Below, one piece after another: positions 52,541 through 62,623 of a stretch of 64,000 bases of DNA. The stretch comes from Candidatus Latescibacterota bacterium (GTDB taxonomy: Bacteria > Latescibacterota > UBA2968 > UBA8231). The notes under the pieces were generated by a model that saw only the letters and a program-made list of their open reading frames with translations, had not been told where the DNA came from and searched no databases. The stretch covers positions 2,752,001-2,816,000 of the forward strand of contig OZ242318.1 of NCBI GenBank assembly GCA_965208105.1, written 5' to 3'. Numbering within the stretch: position 1 is the first letter of the stretch; every line of letters begins with the position of its first letter. A program made the position numbers and the translations under genes.

Positions 52541-53807
52541 TCCCCGCCGGTTCCTTCAAGGCCACATCCATGCGCTTCTCGACGTGTATTTCCGTCCTGT
52601 ACTCGTCTATATGCTCACGCATGCTGTGGGTCAGTCGCTCCTCGCGAATCAGGGATTCAAGGGTGGACTGGTCGTCGTTGATCTTGACAATGTAGCCGCC
52701 GTCCTCCATAAAAAACGGATCGCTGATTTCACCAAGGCTCAAATGCCCTATCTGGGCATGCAAGGGAGGAGGAAGCTGGTCGAGCAGGACTATCTCCCAG
52801 AATCCCCCCCGCATTGCGGTATTGCGTTCGTCGGAGTGCTCGCGAGCCAATTGGGAGAAATCCTCACCAGCCAGAGCACGCTGTCTCAACTCGTTCAATG
52901 CGACCTCGACGCGCCGATCGTCCAGCCGAGTGGTTGAAGTGCGCAAAAGAATATGGCTTGCGCAAAGTTCGTCCTCGCGCTTCTCGTGGAGGAGAATCAG
53001 GTGATATCCGTACTGGGTCAAGACTGGTTCGCTGACCTCGCCCGGCCTGAGATCGAATGCGGCCGCCTCGAACTCGGGCACCAGGCGGCCAACTGCGAAA
53101 CAACCGAGGTCTCCGCCCTGGGCTGCAGTGCCCGGGTCCTCCGAGTAGGCGCGGGCAAGGCCGGCAAAGTCCGCGCCGGCAGCTATCTTTTGCTGGATTT
53201 CCCCGATCTTGTCCCGATTGGCCTTGAGCAACTCCTCATCCGGCTTGCTCTTGATCCTGATGCGGCTTAGAGATATTCGTTCGGGCAGGGAATCCTTGAA
53301 GGTTTGGCGATAGGCCTCTATGTCCCTGTGGGTAACGTGGAGCCTGAAGGCCAGCTCCCTGAGCATCTCCTGGTAGAGCAGGCTGTGGCGGATTTCCTTG
53401 CGGTAGCGGTTGCGCAACTGGCGCTCGCTGAGGCCGGCGCGCTTGATCATTTCCTTGAAGCCATCGCTACCCATGTCGTTTTTGATTGCGTTGTACTGCT
53501 CGCTGAGGATTTCCTCGACCTTGGATTCATCAATCGCGATACTGTCTTCCTGGGCTTTGAGAAGCAAAATCTGTTCGTCAATCATTTCGTCGAGCGCTTC
53601 TTCGCGCAACCTGACCAGGTTTTCTTCCTCCAGGTAGGCGCTGTATCCCATCTGCTCGAGTTGGAAGCGAAGGCGGAAGTTGAGTTCCGACCAGAGAATG
53701 ACTTCATCGTCCACCACCGCCACGATGCGGTCAATCAATTCGGGACTGGCTCCTACCGCAGCAGCAAGGAAATAAGGAATGATACAGCTGTGCAGGAAAT
53801 GGCGCAT
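52527..53807 (-). CDS. surA: SurA-like periplasmic chaperone / parvulin PPIase
   Basis: IDRIVAVVDDEVILWSE, two parvulin domains (FAGLARAYSED..GGDLG, TQYGYHLI); signal peptide. Confidence 0.82.
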   Translation of the reverse strand: MRHFLHSCIIPYFLAAAVGASPELIDRIVAVVDDEVILWSELNFRLRFQLEQMGYSAYLEEENLVRLREEALDEMIDEQILLLKAQEDSIAIDESKVEEILSEQYNAIKNDMGSDGFKEMIKRAGLSERQLRNRYRKEIRHSLLYQEMLRELAFRLHVTHRDIEAYRQTFKDSLPERISLSRIRIKSKPDEELLKANRDKIGEIQQKIAAGADFAGLARAYSEDPGTAAQGGDLGCFAVGRLVPEFEAAAFDLRPGEVSEPVLTQYGYHLILLHEKREDELCASHILLRTSTTRLDDRRVEVALNELRQRALAGEDFSQLAREHSDERNTAMRGGFWEIVLLDQLPPPLHAQIGHLSLGEISDPFFMEDGGYIVKINDDQSTLESLIREERLTHSMREHIDEYRTEIHVEKRMDVALKEPAGNGAP

Positions 53808-53835
53808 GTGTTTCCTGTGGGAAAGCCCGATGGCC

Positions 53836-54681
53836 TCAGGGGGTCTTCGCGATGCGGTCCTGGTGGACGACCCATTCCTTGGTGGACTTCAACTGCTCTA
53901 CAAAGCTCTCCAGGCGCTGCCGGTGCTCGCTCCGCACCAGAATCTCGACAATATGCGGCCGCACTTGCTCCAGGTCCTTGACGGTGCCCTCTTCCTGGCG
54001 GTCCAGCACCTCGAAAATGTGATAGCCGTACTGGGTCCTCAGCGGTTTGGACAGCCGGTTGAGGACCAGCTCGTGGCAGGCGTCCCACAGCACCGGATTT
54101 TCCTCCGGGGAAAAATATCCCAGATCTCCCCCTGAAAATTTGGATTTCTCGTCGAGGGAATGAGCGCGCGCTACCTCCTCGAATGAGTAGCTGCCCTGTA
54201 CCAGGTCCTGGCGGCGGGCCTGGGCATCGCGCGCGCTGGCCACCAGAATGTGACGGACTCGAAGCTCCTTTTCCGAGCGCAGAAACTCTTCGCGGTGCTC
54301 CTGATAGTATCCCTTGACCATTGGTTCGGTGACTGCCACCTCTCTGCCCTCGAATTCCGAATCGAGCAAGGCAGCCACCAGCAGATCTCTCCTGGTTTGC
54401 TCGAACAGGTGCTGAATACGCACGTTCTCATCGAGATTGCGCTCGACAGCTTCCTGATAGAGAAGCTCTTGCCTGACCCAGTTTTCGACAAAGTTACTCG
54501 ATGCCGTCCCGGACCCACCTTCCAAATCGAAAGGAAGCTGGACCGCAAGATCGGCCTTGGTAAGCTCGGCCTCGCCAACTCGTGCAATGATGGGACTTTT
54601 TTCCGAGGGGTTGTCGCAGGCCGCGTAGAAAACCACCGCGGTCCATGCTCCAAGCTGAATCTTTTGCAGAAGATTTACCAT
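53836..54681 (-). CDS. PpiC/PrsA-type parvulin PPIase lipoprotein
   Basis: Lipobox YAAC; VRHILV, FEEVARAHS, GGDLG, TQYGYHIF. Confidence 0.85.
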   Translation of the reverse strand: MVNLLQKIQLGAWTAVVFYAACDNPSEKSPIIARVGEAELTKADLAVQLPFDLEGGSGTASSNFVENWVRQELLYQEAVERNLDENVRIQHLFEQTRRDLLVAALLDSEFEGREVAVTEPMVKGYYQEHREEFLRSEKELRVRHILVASARDAQARRQDLVQGSYSFEEVARAHSLDEKSKFSGGDLGYFSPEENPVLWDACHELVLNRLSKPLRTQYGYHIFEVLDRQEEGTVKDLEQVRPHIVEILVRSEHRQRLESFVEQLKSTKEWVVHQDRIAKTP

Positions 54682-54732
54682 GTTGCAAGATCTACGCGAA
54701 TAACCCTCCAGGGATCGAGAATTCGAGAACTA

Positions 54733-57700
54733 TCAGAGAATCTCCTTCATCAGGTCCCTGGCTCTCTCCAGGCGTTCCTGTTCATAACTTCCGCCCAGAT
54801 CCGCCTCGATAAGGAAGCTCTCCCCCAGGGAGAACTGGAGCTGGAGGGAGCTCTTTTCCACCACGTCCTGGATTTCGGCGCGAGAGAGGTCTCTCCCTTC
54901 CGGGAAAAAAAGGCTGAGGCGCGAGCGTTCGAGCTGTACGGCGGCCAAGCCCAGTTGCCGTGCCATGATCTTGATCTCCAACAGGTGCAGCAGGGACTGA
55001 GTAGGCAGCGGAGGACGGCCGAAGCGATCGACCATTTCCTCGCGAATCGCGAACAGGTCGACGATTCTGCGGGCTGCAGCCAGGCGCTGGTAGAATTCCA
55101 TCTTCTGGTCGCCATCGGGCACGTAGCCGTCGGAGATATAAGCCGTGACCGGAATCTTGATCTCGGGTTCGAACTCAGGGTCCTGGGCCTCGCCTTTGAT
55201 CTCGCGCATGGCTTCTTCCAGAAGGCGGCAATACATGTCAAACCCCACGGCGGAGATAAACCCGTGCTGCTGCGCCCCCAGCAGGTTGCCGGCGCCGCGG
55301 ATTTCCATGTCGCGCATGGCGACATTGAACCCGGAACCGAGGTCGGCGAACTCCTCGATAGCGCGCAGCCGCATGCGGCTCTTCTTGGCGAGCCTTTTGC
55401 CCTTGGGTACCAGCAAATAAGCGAACGCCCGTTCGTTGGAGCGGCCCACCCGGCCCCGGATCTGGTAGAGCTGGCTGAGCCCCAGAGCGTCGGCCCGGTT
55501 GACCAGGATGGTATTTACCGAAGGGATGTCAATCCCCGACTCTATGATCATTGTACAGACCAGGCAGTCGTATCTCCGTTCCAGAAAATCGAACATTATC
55601 TTCTCGAGCTGGCGCGCAGGCAGTTGCCCGTGGGCCACCCCGAAGCGCACCTGCGGAAGAAGCTCCTGAAGATATTCGGCCAGGCGGTAGAGAGGCTGTA
55701 CCCGGTTGTGAACGAAGTAGACCTGGCCTCCGCGCTCGACCTCCCGCAGAATGGCGGATGCTATGCGGTTCTCGTCAAAGGAGATGATTTCGGTGTGGAT
55801 GGGCAACCGGTCCTGGGGCGGAGTATTGATCACCGACATGTCGCGCGAGCCCATCAGAGACATGTGCAGGGTGCGTGGTATGGGTGTGGCCGTCAGGGTC
55901 AGCACGTCCACCTGGCGCTTGAGTTGTTTGATCTTCTCCTTGTGCCGCACCCCGAAGCGCTGTTCCTCGTCGACTACGAGCAGACCTAAATCCCGGAAGT
56001 CAACGTCCTTGGAGAGAATGCGGTGGGTTCCTATGAGGATGTCGACTTTTCCACTTTGGAGCTCGGCAAGAATCCGCTTCTGCTGCCTGGAAGTGCGAAA
56101 CCGGCTGAGGACCTCCACCTTCACGGGTGCATTCGCCATGCGCTCGCAGAAGGTGTGGTAATGCTGCTCGGCGAGGATGGTTGTGGGCACGAGGACCGCC
56201 ACCTGTTTGCCATCAAGCACGGATTTAAAGGCGGCCCGCACCGCGACCTCGGTCTTTCCATAGCCGACGTCTCCGCAAACAAGCCGATCCATTGGCGAAG
56301 TCGACTCCATATCCTCTTTAACTTCCTCTACAGTGCGGAGTTGATCCGCCGTCTCCTGGAAGGGGAAGTTGGCTTCCAGTTCGCCCTGCAAAGGACTGTC
56401 TGCCGAAAATCTGAATCCAGGACGGGTCTTGCGTTCGGCGTAGAGCTTTGCGAGTTCGCCGGCCATCTTGAAGATCTCTTCGCGAGTCCGTTCTTTGAGC
56501 TTTTCCCAGGAATTCCCGCCCAGCTTGCTCAGGTGGGGGATATCTCCCTCGGCACTGGAATACCGGCGCAGGCGGTCGAGCTGCTCGACCGGAACGAAGA
56601 GTTTGTCGGTACCCTGATAGGCCACCCGCAGGCAGTCGTGCTCGCGACCGCCGATGCGGAGGCGCTGAATTCCCATGTACCGCCCGATCCCGTGGTCAAC
56701 GTGAACTACGAAGTCTCCATGGTGCAGAGTATTGAAACTGGACAGGGGAATCGCGGCCTTGAACTTGCGGTAGCGGTAGCGCCGCTTCTTCCGGCTGAAT
56801 ATCTCGTGGTCGTTGAACAGGGCAATCCGTGCTGCGGGATAGACGAATCCCTGGTGCAAGGTGCCCAGACCGAATGAAATGAGGTCCGACCATTCTGCAA
56901 AAATCTCCTCCAGGCGGTTGTTCTGGGCCTGAGTCTCGCACCTCATGTGAATTGCGTAATCTTCTTCTCCCAATCGGTCGACCTTGCGGCGCAATTGGGT
57001 CAGTTCACCCTGGAAGATTCCGGGTTCCTCGGCTCCAAATCGTATGGACTCACTCACTTTCCCCACCGGCGCCAGCTGAATCCGGGTACAGGCCTCCACC
57101 TGGCCTCTCAGCCAGGCGGCGTCCCGGATAAATTTCTCCGGCGGCAAAAGGGAGTCGCGCTCGGCGCGGCGAAGGTATTCCTTCCGGGGGCGATCCAGAA
57201 ACCTGTCGATGCCATTTTCGACTTCCTCGCTGTCGTCGATAAATACCAGCGGGTGTTCGAAGTAGTCGAAGAGGCCGTTCCCCTCCTCGTACAGTATGGC
57301 CATGGCTTGCTCGATCCCCTCGAGCGAAGCGCCGAGCTCCAGCTGTTCCTTGAGACCGGCCAGGTCCATCCCCTCTCTTGCATGGGCATCCTCGACGCGC
57401 TGCAGGAAATCCTCGTAGAATGGAGAGAAAAGGAGAACCTCCCTGGCAGGGGGCAAAAGGGCCTCATCGCAGGTAGCCAGGGAGCGTTGCGTTCCCGGGT
57501 CGAAAGTGCGGATGGACTCGATTTCATCGCCGAAGAACTCGAACCTGAAAGGATTCTCACTGCCGAAGGGGTAGACGTCGAGTATGCCGCCGCGAACGCT
57601 GAACTGTCCCACGCCGTCGATTATGGCAACCCGTTCAAATCCGCAGTCGACGAGATGGCCGCCGAGCTCGTCCAGAGAGTGTTCCTCCCCGGTCTTCAGT

Positions 57701-58140
57701 TGCAGGGTTCCCAGGTCCAGAGCATGGGGTGGAATCAGTGGATAGAGCAGAGCTGAAGCGGGTGCGATTAAAATGGTGGGCCGGCGGCGATGCAGTTGGA
57801 TGGCGCTCTCGATGCGCAGGCCGGTGATTTCAGTTGCCGGAGACCGCCCTTCGTAGAGGTCGACATCCCAGGCAGGAAAGTAGTGCACTACTTCTTCGCC
57901 GGCGATGGTCTGGAGATCGTCCCGCCACTCCTCGGCGCGGTCTTCGTCGGCTGCGATGACCAGCAGCGGACGCTCGATTGACCGCTTGATGTGGGTGAGG
58001 AGAAAAGCCAGCAGGGTCGTGGGCAGGCCATGGAGAAAAAGCTCCTCCTCCCCTGCCCGCAAACGGGCAACGACCTCTTTGAAAGGATCGGTCTGCGCGG
58101 TCCTGCGGGCAATGTAGTCGAGCGAAAGTGAGGGATCCAT
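54733..58140 (-). CDS. mfd: Transcription-repair coupling factor Mfd
   Basis: UvrB-homology RGGILDVYP, CarD-like VVHVDHGIG, GDVGYGKTE, DEEQRFGV, TATPIPRT, TRCF C-terminus. Confidence 0.98.
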   Translation of the reverse strand: MDPSLSLDYIARRTAQTDPFKEVVARLRAGEEELFLHGLPTTLLAFLLTHIKRSIERPLLVIAADEDRAEEWRDDLQTIAGEEVVHYFPAWDVDLYEGRSPATEITGLRIESAIQLHRRRPTILIAPASALLYPLIPPHALDLGTLQLKTGEEHSLDELGGHLVDCGFERVAIIDGVGQFSVRGGILDVYPFGSENPFRFEFFGDEIESIRTFDPGTQRSLATCDEALLPPAREVLLFSPFYEDFLQRVEDAHAREGMDLAGLKEQLELGASLEGIEQAMAILYEEGNGLFDYFEHPLVFIDDSEEVENGIDRFLDRPRKEYLRRAERDSLLPPEKFIRDAAWLRGQVEACTRIQLAPVGKVSESIRFGAEEPGIFQGELTQLRRKVDRLGEEDYAIHMRCETQAQNNRLEEIFAEWSDLISFGLGTLHQGFVYPAARIALFNDHEIFSRKKRRYRYRKFKAAIPLSSFNTLHHGDFVVHVDHGIGRYMGIQRLRIGGREHDCLRVAYQGTDKLFVPVEQLDRLRRYSSAEGDIPHLSKLGGNSWEKLKERTREEIFKMAGELAKLYAERKTRPGFRFSADSPLQGELEANFPFQETADQLRTVEEVKEDMESTSPMDRLVCGDVGYGKTEVAVRAAFKSVLDGKQVAVLVPTTILAEQHYHTFCERMANAPVKVEVLSRFRTSRQQKRILAELQSGKVDILIGTHRILSKDVDFRDLGLLVVDEEQRFGVRHKEKIKQLKRQVDVLTLTATPIPRTLHMSLMGSRDMSVINTPPQDRLPIHTEIISFDENRIASAILREVERGGQVYFVHNRVQPLYRLAEYLQELLPQVRFGVAHGQLPARQLEKIMFDFLERRYDCLVCTMIIESGIDIPSVNTILVNRADALGLSQLYQIRGRVGRSNERAFAYLLVPKGKRLAKKSRMRLRAIEEFADLGSGFNVAMRDMEIRGAGNLLGAQQHGFISAVGFDMYCRLLEEAMREIKGEAQDPEFEPEIKIPVTAYISDGYVPDGDQKMEFYQRLAAARRIVDLFAIREEMVDRFGRPPLPTQSLLHLLEIKIMARQLGLAAVQLERSRLSLFFPEGRDLSRAEIQDVVEKSSLQLQFSLGESFLIEADLGGSYEQERLERARDLMKEIL

Positions 58141-58220
58141 AGGGTCGCGTCGGTCAGATGATAGCCGGGGATGCCGGCATTGCGGAAACCCCCGCTAAAT
58201 CTGTTCGGGACAAGCGGATT

Positions 58221-58250
58221 AAGATAACCGGGTGAGACGATTGCTGTCAA
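58221..58250 (-). promoter_or_regulatory. Putative sigma70 promoter of the mfd operon
   Basis: Minus-strand TTGACA-18bp-TATCTT, 80 bp upstream of the mfd ATG. Confidence 0.5.
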
Positions 58251-58380
58251 GGAAAGGCAGACGTTGGAAGCAATCCTCACACGTGTGTGCCCGGTGGCCC
58301 TCTCCGGGATTTGGAGAGTCCCGGCCTGGTCTGTCGGTTGGAAACAGGCCTGTCAGAATTTGACTGTTTGGGAGGAGAAG

Positions 58381-60363
58381 CTACCAACCATGGATGTGAT
58401 GCGCGTCGGCGGGGAACCAGGCCAGGTCCACGAGGCCCGAGAGGCCAACTCCGAGGACGTAGCCGATGGCGAGGCCGTAGAAGAACGGCTTGCCCGCCTG
58501 ATAGGCGCGGACCCCTCCAAAGTGCAGCAGAACCAGCTTGATGCACCACACGAGAAATAGACTGAACCAGTAGAGCCACGTGCCGAAGGTGTATTGAAAG
58601 GCCAGGCCAAGAGGGTGCAGGGAAAACCAGTGAAAGCGGGCCCGCAGCAGGACGATTCCGGCTGCTTCCCCGAAACCCAGGACCCACAGGCCCCAGCGGA
58701 CAGGATCGGGCCCGGTGGGATTCTGCAGCAACAGAGCCAGGTGGTTGTACGCCCCGACTGCATAGGCCCTGACGGCGACGCTGGCTCCCTCCTGGTAGGC
58801 CAACTGCAGGGTAGCCCCCGCCGCCACCAGGAACCCCACTGGAAAAGCGATCAGTACCGCCCAGGTTACGTACCCAGGTTGCCGCCAGATTGAGAAGATC
58901 CGCAGGTGATGAACCATGGCCGGCCACGCCGGAATCCGGATATTGCCGAAGAATGCCTCGCCGGAGAAAATCTTGAACCCCACCACACTCTGGTTGGACA
59001 GATAGCTGGTGCCCACAAAGTCGGTCACGAAAGTTCCGCCGCGCAGAAAAGTCCAGTTCGGAAACAGGTAGGCAAACCCCGTTGCCGCAATAAGCTTGGC
59101 GGTTACCAGCAGTACCATCGCCATGGAAAGAAAGCCGAATACCGCCAGGAGGGGATTCATCCCCAGGCCGACCATCCAGACAATTACATACAGGGCGGAA
59201 AGCACCATCCCAACCAGGGCCCATCGGTAAACCACCACTCGCCGCCGTTCTCCAGTACCGTTGCGCGCCTGGCGCCACACCTCCCGGAGGTGGCGGCGCC
59301 CCAGCCAGACGGACCATGCGGCGATGAAGACGAAGGCCCCGTAGCTCTCGAGGTAGAGGATGTCCCATACCCCGTCAACCATGTAAGTCGACGTCCCCGA
59401 GGAACCCAGAGTGTATCCCAGGCGGCGCAACGCCCATTCCTTGGGAACCGAGAGCCAGTAGAACACCACCAGGCTTCCCAGAATGTCCAGCGGACAAAGG
59501 TAGACCACGGCCAGGACAAGAGGCATGACCCTGAACCAGAGTCCGCGCCAGTAATAGGGACTGAACTGCAGGTTGTAGTGCTCCCAGTAGAGTCCGAAAC
59601 GGGGAAGCCCTGGCGAAAAATAGGTTCCGATGTTGTAGAGGATTGGTAAAAAGACGGCCAGAAAACCTATCCAGAACAGACGCCGGCGGAATAAATCGGG
59701 CATGCGCCTGGGACCATCCATGCCGCGGGTGAGATCCATCGGCATCTGGGCCAGGGGATATGTCAGCTTCTCATGCTCTACCCACTGGCGCTGGAAGAGG
59801 ATCATCAGGCAGTAGCCGAATATCACGATGCCCAGGGAAACGCTCAGCCACTGGGCAAGAACTCCTGCCCAGGCAGACCAGGGAAGCTCCATCCCCTCGG
59901 GCAAACCGTGGAAGAAGGTATCGATGACGGTTGATGTGGTGGCCGGAAAGAGATGCCAGGGCATGTAGTCGAAAAAGATGCCTGCCCACTGGTTCTCGGA
60001 AGTCGAAAAATAGGTGGGAGATGCCAGGGCGTTGGTGAAGTAGTTCATGTACCCCAGCTGGGGAAGGGTGCCCACTACCCAGACCATAACCAGGATGGTC
60101 AGCAGCTCACCCCGCTTCAGCGCTACACTGGGGAAAATCCACTTGAGGCCAACGTTGACGAACAGCCAGACCACGAAGGGCATCAGGACAGTCATCGGGA
60201 ACTGGGAATGCACGTAGCTTCCCACTCCGAGCCCCTGTGCCACATGAACCACGAAGTAGAACATGCCGGCGATTGTAACGGCGCCCAGAAGCAGGGCCCG
60301 GCAGGTTACGACCGGAGGTGTTTCAGGATGGGTATGGATTTCGCTCTTCGGTTCGGAGCTCAA
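58381..60363 (-). CDS. Polytopic membrane protein, DUF6785/DUF6784-like (OPT-like transporter candidate)
   Basis: 660 aa, many TM; RQWVEHEKLTYPL, HPLGLA, K.VLLHFGG.RAY..GKPFFYGL signatures. Confidence 0.72.
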   Translation of the reverse strand: MSSEPKSEIHTHPETPPVVTCRALLLGAVTIAGMFYFVVHVAQGLGVGSYVHSQFPMTVLMPFVVWLFVNVGLKWIFPSVALKRGELLTILVMVWVVGTLPQLGYMNYFTNALASPTYFSTSENQWAGIFFDYMPWHLFPATTSTVIDTFFHGLPEGMELPWSAWAGVLAQWLSVSLGIVIFGYCLMILFQRQWVEHEKLTYPLAQMPMDLTRGMDGPRRMPDLFRRRLFWIGFLAVFLPILYNIGTYFSPGLPRFGLYWEHYNLQFSPYYWRGLWFRVMPLVLAVVYLCPLDILGSLVVFYWLSVPKEWALRRLGYTLGSSGTSTYMVDGVWDILYLESYGAFVFIAAWSVWLGRRHLREVWRQARNGTGERRRVVVYRWALVGMVLSALYVIVWMVGLGMNPLLAVFGFLSMAMVLLVTAKLIAATGFAYLFPNWTFLRGGTFVTDFVGTSYLSNQSVVGFKIFSGEAFFGNIRIPAWPAMVHHLRIFSIWRQPGYVTWAVLIAFPVGFLVAAGATLQLAYQEGASVAVRAYAVGAYNHLALLLQNPTGPDPVRWGLWVLGFGEAAGIVLLRARFHWFSLHPLGLAFQYTFGTWLYWFSLFLVWCIKLVLLHFGGVRAYQAGKPFFYGLAIGYVLGVGLSGLVDLAWFPADAHHIHGW

Positions 60364-60372
60364 AATTTCAAA

Positions 60373-61155
60373 TCAGCTGACGGAAAACGGGGGCTCGGGA
60401 GGGGGCTGGCCAACGGCCGGCTCGCCGCCGATCAGGAAGGGTTCGGCATTGCCCCAAAGCCTGCTGCCATCGGAAGAAACCAGGGGCTCGCAGGAGTACT
60501 GGGCCAGGTAGACGCGGCGGAGGGCGTCGGTGGTATTGGTGCCGCTGGAGTGGAAGTTGTAGCTGGTGAAGACGGCCAAACTTCCAGCGGGGGCGATGAC
60601 GGGAATGCCGGGGTCGCTGCCGAAATAGCCGACGAGATCATTGGACCCCTCCTCGCGGACGTGCTTGACCCAGCTGCGGATCCCCGAGCGCGAGAAGGGC
60701 AGCAGGTGAACGGTGCCGTTCTCCTCCGACATGTCGTCGAGGGCGCACCAGCAGGTCAGGTAGGGCTTGTGGTCGGGATATCCAATGTAGCCGGAATCCT
60801 GGTGCCATGAGAACTTCATCCCTGCTTCGGCGCCTTTGACCACGTATTGCTCCCAGAAAAAGTAGACTTCATCACCGAGAGTCGCCTGGCAGATCTCGGC
60901 CATCAGGTCGGAGAAAAGAAACTCGCGCAGACGCGGCTGGTCGCGAAAGCAGTTGGATACGAAGTAACGGCTGCCGCGGTGATTGAGGCCGAGAGAATCG
61001 GTGCCCTCGGCATCCATTTGCGCATTCGCCTTGTCGATAAAGGCCTGGCACTCGCCGCGGAGGAGCCGGAGGTGGTGTGGAGGGATGGCACTATCCAGGA
61101 TGAAATATCCTTCTTCTTTGAATTGACGCTTGTGTTCTTCGGTTATGATGGGCAT
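60373..61155 (-). CDS. Phytanoyl-CoA dioxygenase (PhyH) family protein
   Basis: FSWHQDSGY, YLTCWCALDDMSEENG, FHSSGTN; close paralog of 26991..27770; ATG 61155. Confidence 0.9.
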   Translation of the reverse strand: MPIITEEHKRQFKEEGYFILDSAIPPHHLRLLRGECQAFIDKANAQMDAEGTDSLGLNHRGSRYFVSNCFRDQPRLREFLFSDLMAEICQATLGDEVYFFWEQYVVKGAEAGMKFSWHQDSGYIGYPDHKPYLTCWCALDDMSEENGTVHLLPFSRSGIRSWVKHVREEGSNDLVGYFGSDPGIPVIAPAGSLAVFTSYNFHSSGTNTTDALRRVYLAQYSCEPLVSSDGSRLWGNAEPFLIGGEPAVGQPPPEPPFSVS

Positions 61156-61231
61156 GAGCGATTGCTTTCCCCTGGATGATTTTCTGGAAGATAGACCGGT
61201 GAAAGGGTCGGAGCAAGCTGCCGTGAACCGG

Positions 61232-61268
61232 AAAAAAAAACGCAACCTACCGGAGACAGAAGGTTGCG
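61232..61268 (-). terminator. Rho-independent terminator after tRNA-Ala
   Basis: CGCAACCT...AGGTTGCG stem followed by 9 T on the minus strand. Confidence 0.8.
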
Positions 61269-61275
61269 CAAAAAC

Positions 61276-61351
61276 TGGTGGAGCTGAGGGGAATCGAACC
61301 CCTGACCTCCTGAATGCCATTCAGGCGCTCTCCCAACTGAGCTACAGCCCC
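61276..61351 (-). tRNA. tRNA-Ala (GGC)
   Basis: GGGGCTGTAGCTCAGTTGGGAGAGCGCCTGAATGGCATTCAGGAGGTCAGGGGTTCGATTCCCCTCAGCTCCACCA; 76 nt, encoded CCA, G3:U70 pair. Confidence 0.98.
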
Positions 61352-61414
61352 AGAGACGGAGGAAGCTACGATATCATCGCAGTTTGGTCAACTGCAGGGT
61401 TCACTGCCAACGAC

Positions 61415-62029
61415 CTACTTCTGATTGACCACCACTCCCATGTTCAAGTCATCGGCTTCATAGTTGTCTCGCTCCATGGAACTGGGGCCTACCGAAAAGA
61501 AAACCACCTGAATGCTGGCCTGGGCAAGGGTTGTAAAACCGGAGGCGGTCTTCAGGGTCAGGGAACCCAGGTCGAAATCCCCTTCCATGGGCTTGGCGAG
61601 GCTGGCGCCGCCGAACCTCACCTTATTGTCATCCACCAGTTCAACCCCATTGCTGGGCAAGGTCACAAAAGCGCTGTTTGGAACAAAGGCGGAGGCTTCC
61701 TGATCGAAGGATGCAGCTGGATGGAGCTCGACGATACCCTCGAACTGCTTTACCTCGGAGGCATCTTTGACTTGAAAGGTCAGTACGACATCTTGTTGCG
61801 GCCCGGTAGATGCCCAGTCGCCTTCCTCGATGAGGATTGAAGCAATATAGCGACCGCCGAGCTGGGCATTCAGTCCCAAACCGACGGAGTCGGTGGAGGT
61901 CTGGCCCGAGCCGGAGGGCTGTACCTTGTTCCCCCCATTCTGGCCACAACTCAGAGCACCTGCGACCAGGCAACAGACCATGGAAATGGCAAGCATTGGA
62001 GTGGGTCTCGGCAGGGGAATGGGTTTCAC
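61415..62029 (-). CDS. Lipoprotein with a cohesin-like beta-sandwich domain
   Basis: Lipobox ALSC, Gly/Ser linker, beta-rich domain (VVLTFQVKDASEVKQF...DLGSLTLKT); start uncertain. Confidence 0.6.
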   Translation of the reverse strand: MKPIPLPRPTPMLAISMVCCLVAGALSCGQNGGNKVQPSGSGQTSTDSVGLGLNAQLGGRYIASILIEEGDWASTGPQQDVVLTFQVKDASEVKQFEGIVELHPAASFDQEASAFVPNSAFVTLPSNGVELVDDNKVRFGGASLAKPMEGDFDLGSLTLKTASGFTTLAQASIQVVFFSVGPSSMERDNYEADDLNMGVVVNQK

Positions 62030-62395
62030 GAAACCTCGCAGGAAACTGATTATTCAGGGGCTGCCCTGGCCTAAGCATTGAATCGGAAGGCGGGCAATGC
62101 CCCCTGTGGGCAATCGCGCCTCGTGCTGAAAACCTGCAATGACAGGATGTCCCAGGGCGTTTGGAAGCTTTAAATATAATTTCAGATACCGGAGGCGGCA
62201 ACTTGCCCTTAGAACTCCCGACTACGGGAAATCCCTTGTAGATTTCCCGTCCGATCGGGATCCAAAACCACTTTTTTGCAACCGTTTCCCAAACCGCCAG
62301 AACTGATTCACACCAGCCAGGAGAAAATTTTTAATTTTAATATATACAATGTTTTACAATTTATTCTCTGTCTGATTTCAACCCTTCCAAAGTGA

Positions 62396-62424
62396 TTGAC
62401 TTCTGGTTTCGATTTGACTATGTT
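62396..62424 (+). promoter_or_regulatory. Putative sigma70 promoter upstream of dnaE, preceded by an AT-rich tract
   Basis: TTGACT-17bp-TATGTT; AT-rich 62322-62366. Confidence 0.6.
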
Positions 62425-62623
62425 AGGTGCGCCGATGCATTCCTCTCCCGGTTCTCACTCCTCCCCTTGTCCTCCTTGCATCGGCCTGCTCGAAATCGCA
62501 CGACCGATTTTATCCACCCGACAACCAGATTCATAGATTCTTGATCATCTTTTCTCCCGCCAACCCAAACGCCCAACTTTCATTGCGGTGATCTCACTGC
62601 TCTGAACCCGGGTAGGAAAACCG

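Noticed and set aside
61156-61320. N-terminal extension of the 60373..61320 ORF
   Set aside because: It runs through the tRNA-Ala gene and its terminator.
61200-61351. tRNA-Ala as an integration site for a genomic island
   Set aside because: I saw no integrase and no duplicate of the tRNA 3' end in the window.
62322-62366. oriC or dif site in the AT-rich tract
   Set aside because: No DnaA-box cluster and no convincing XerC/XerD arms.
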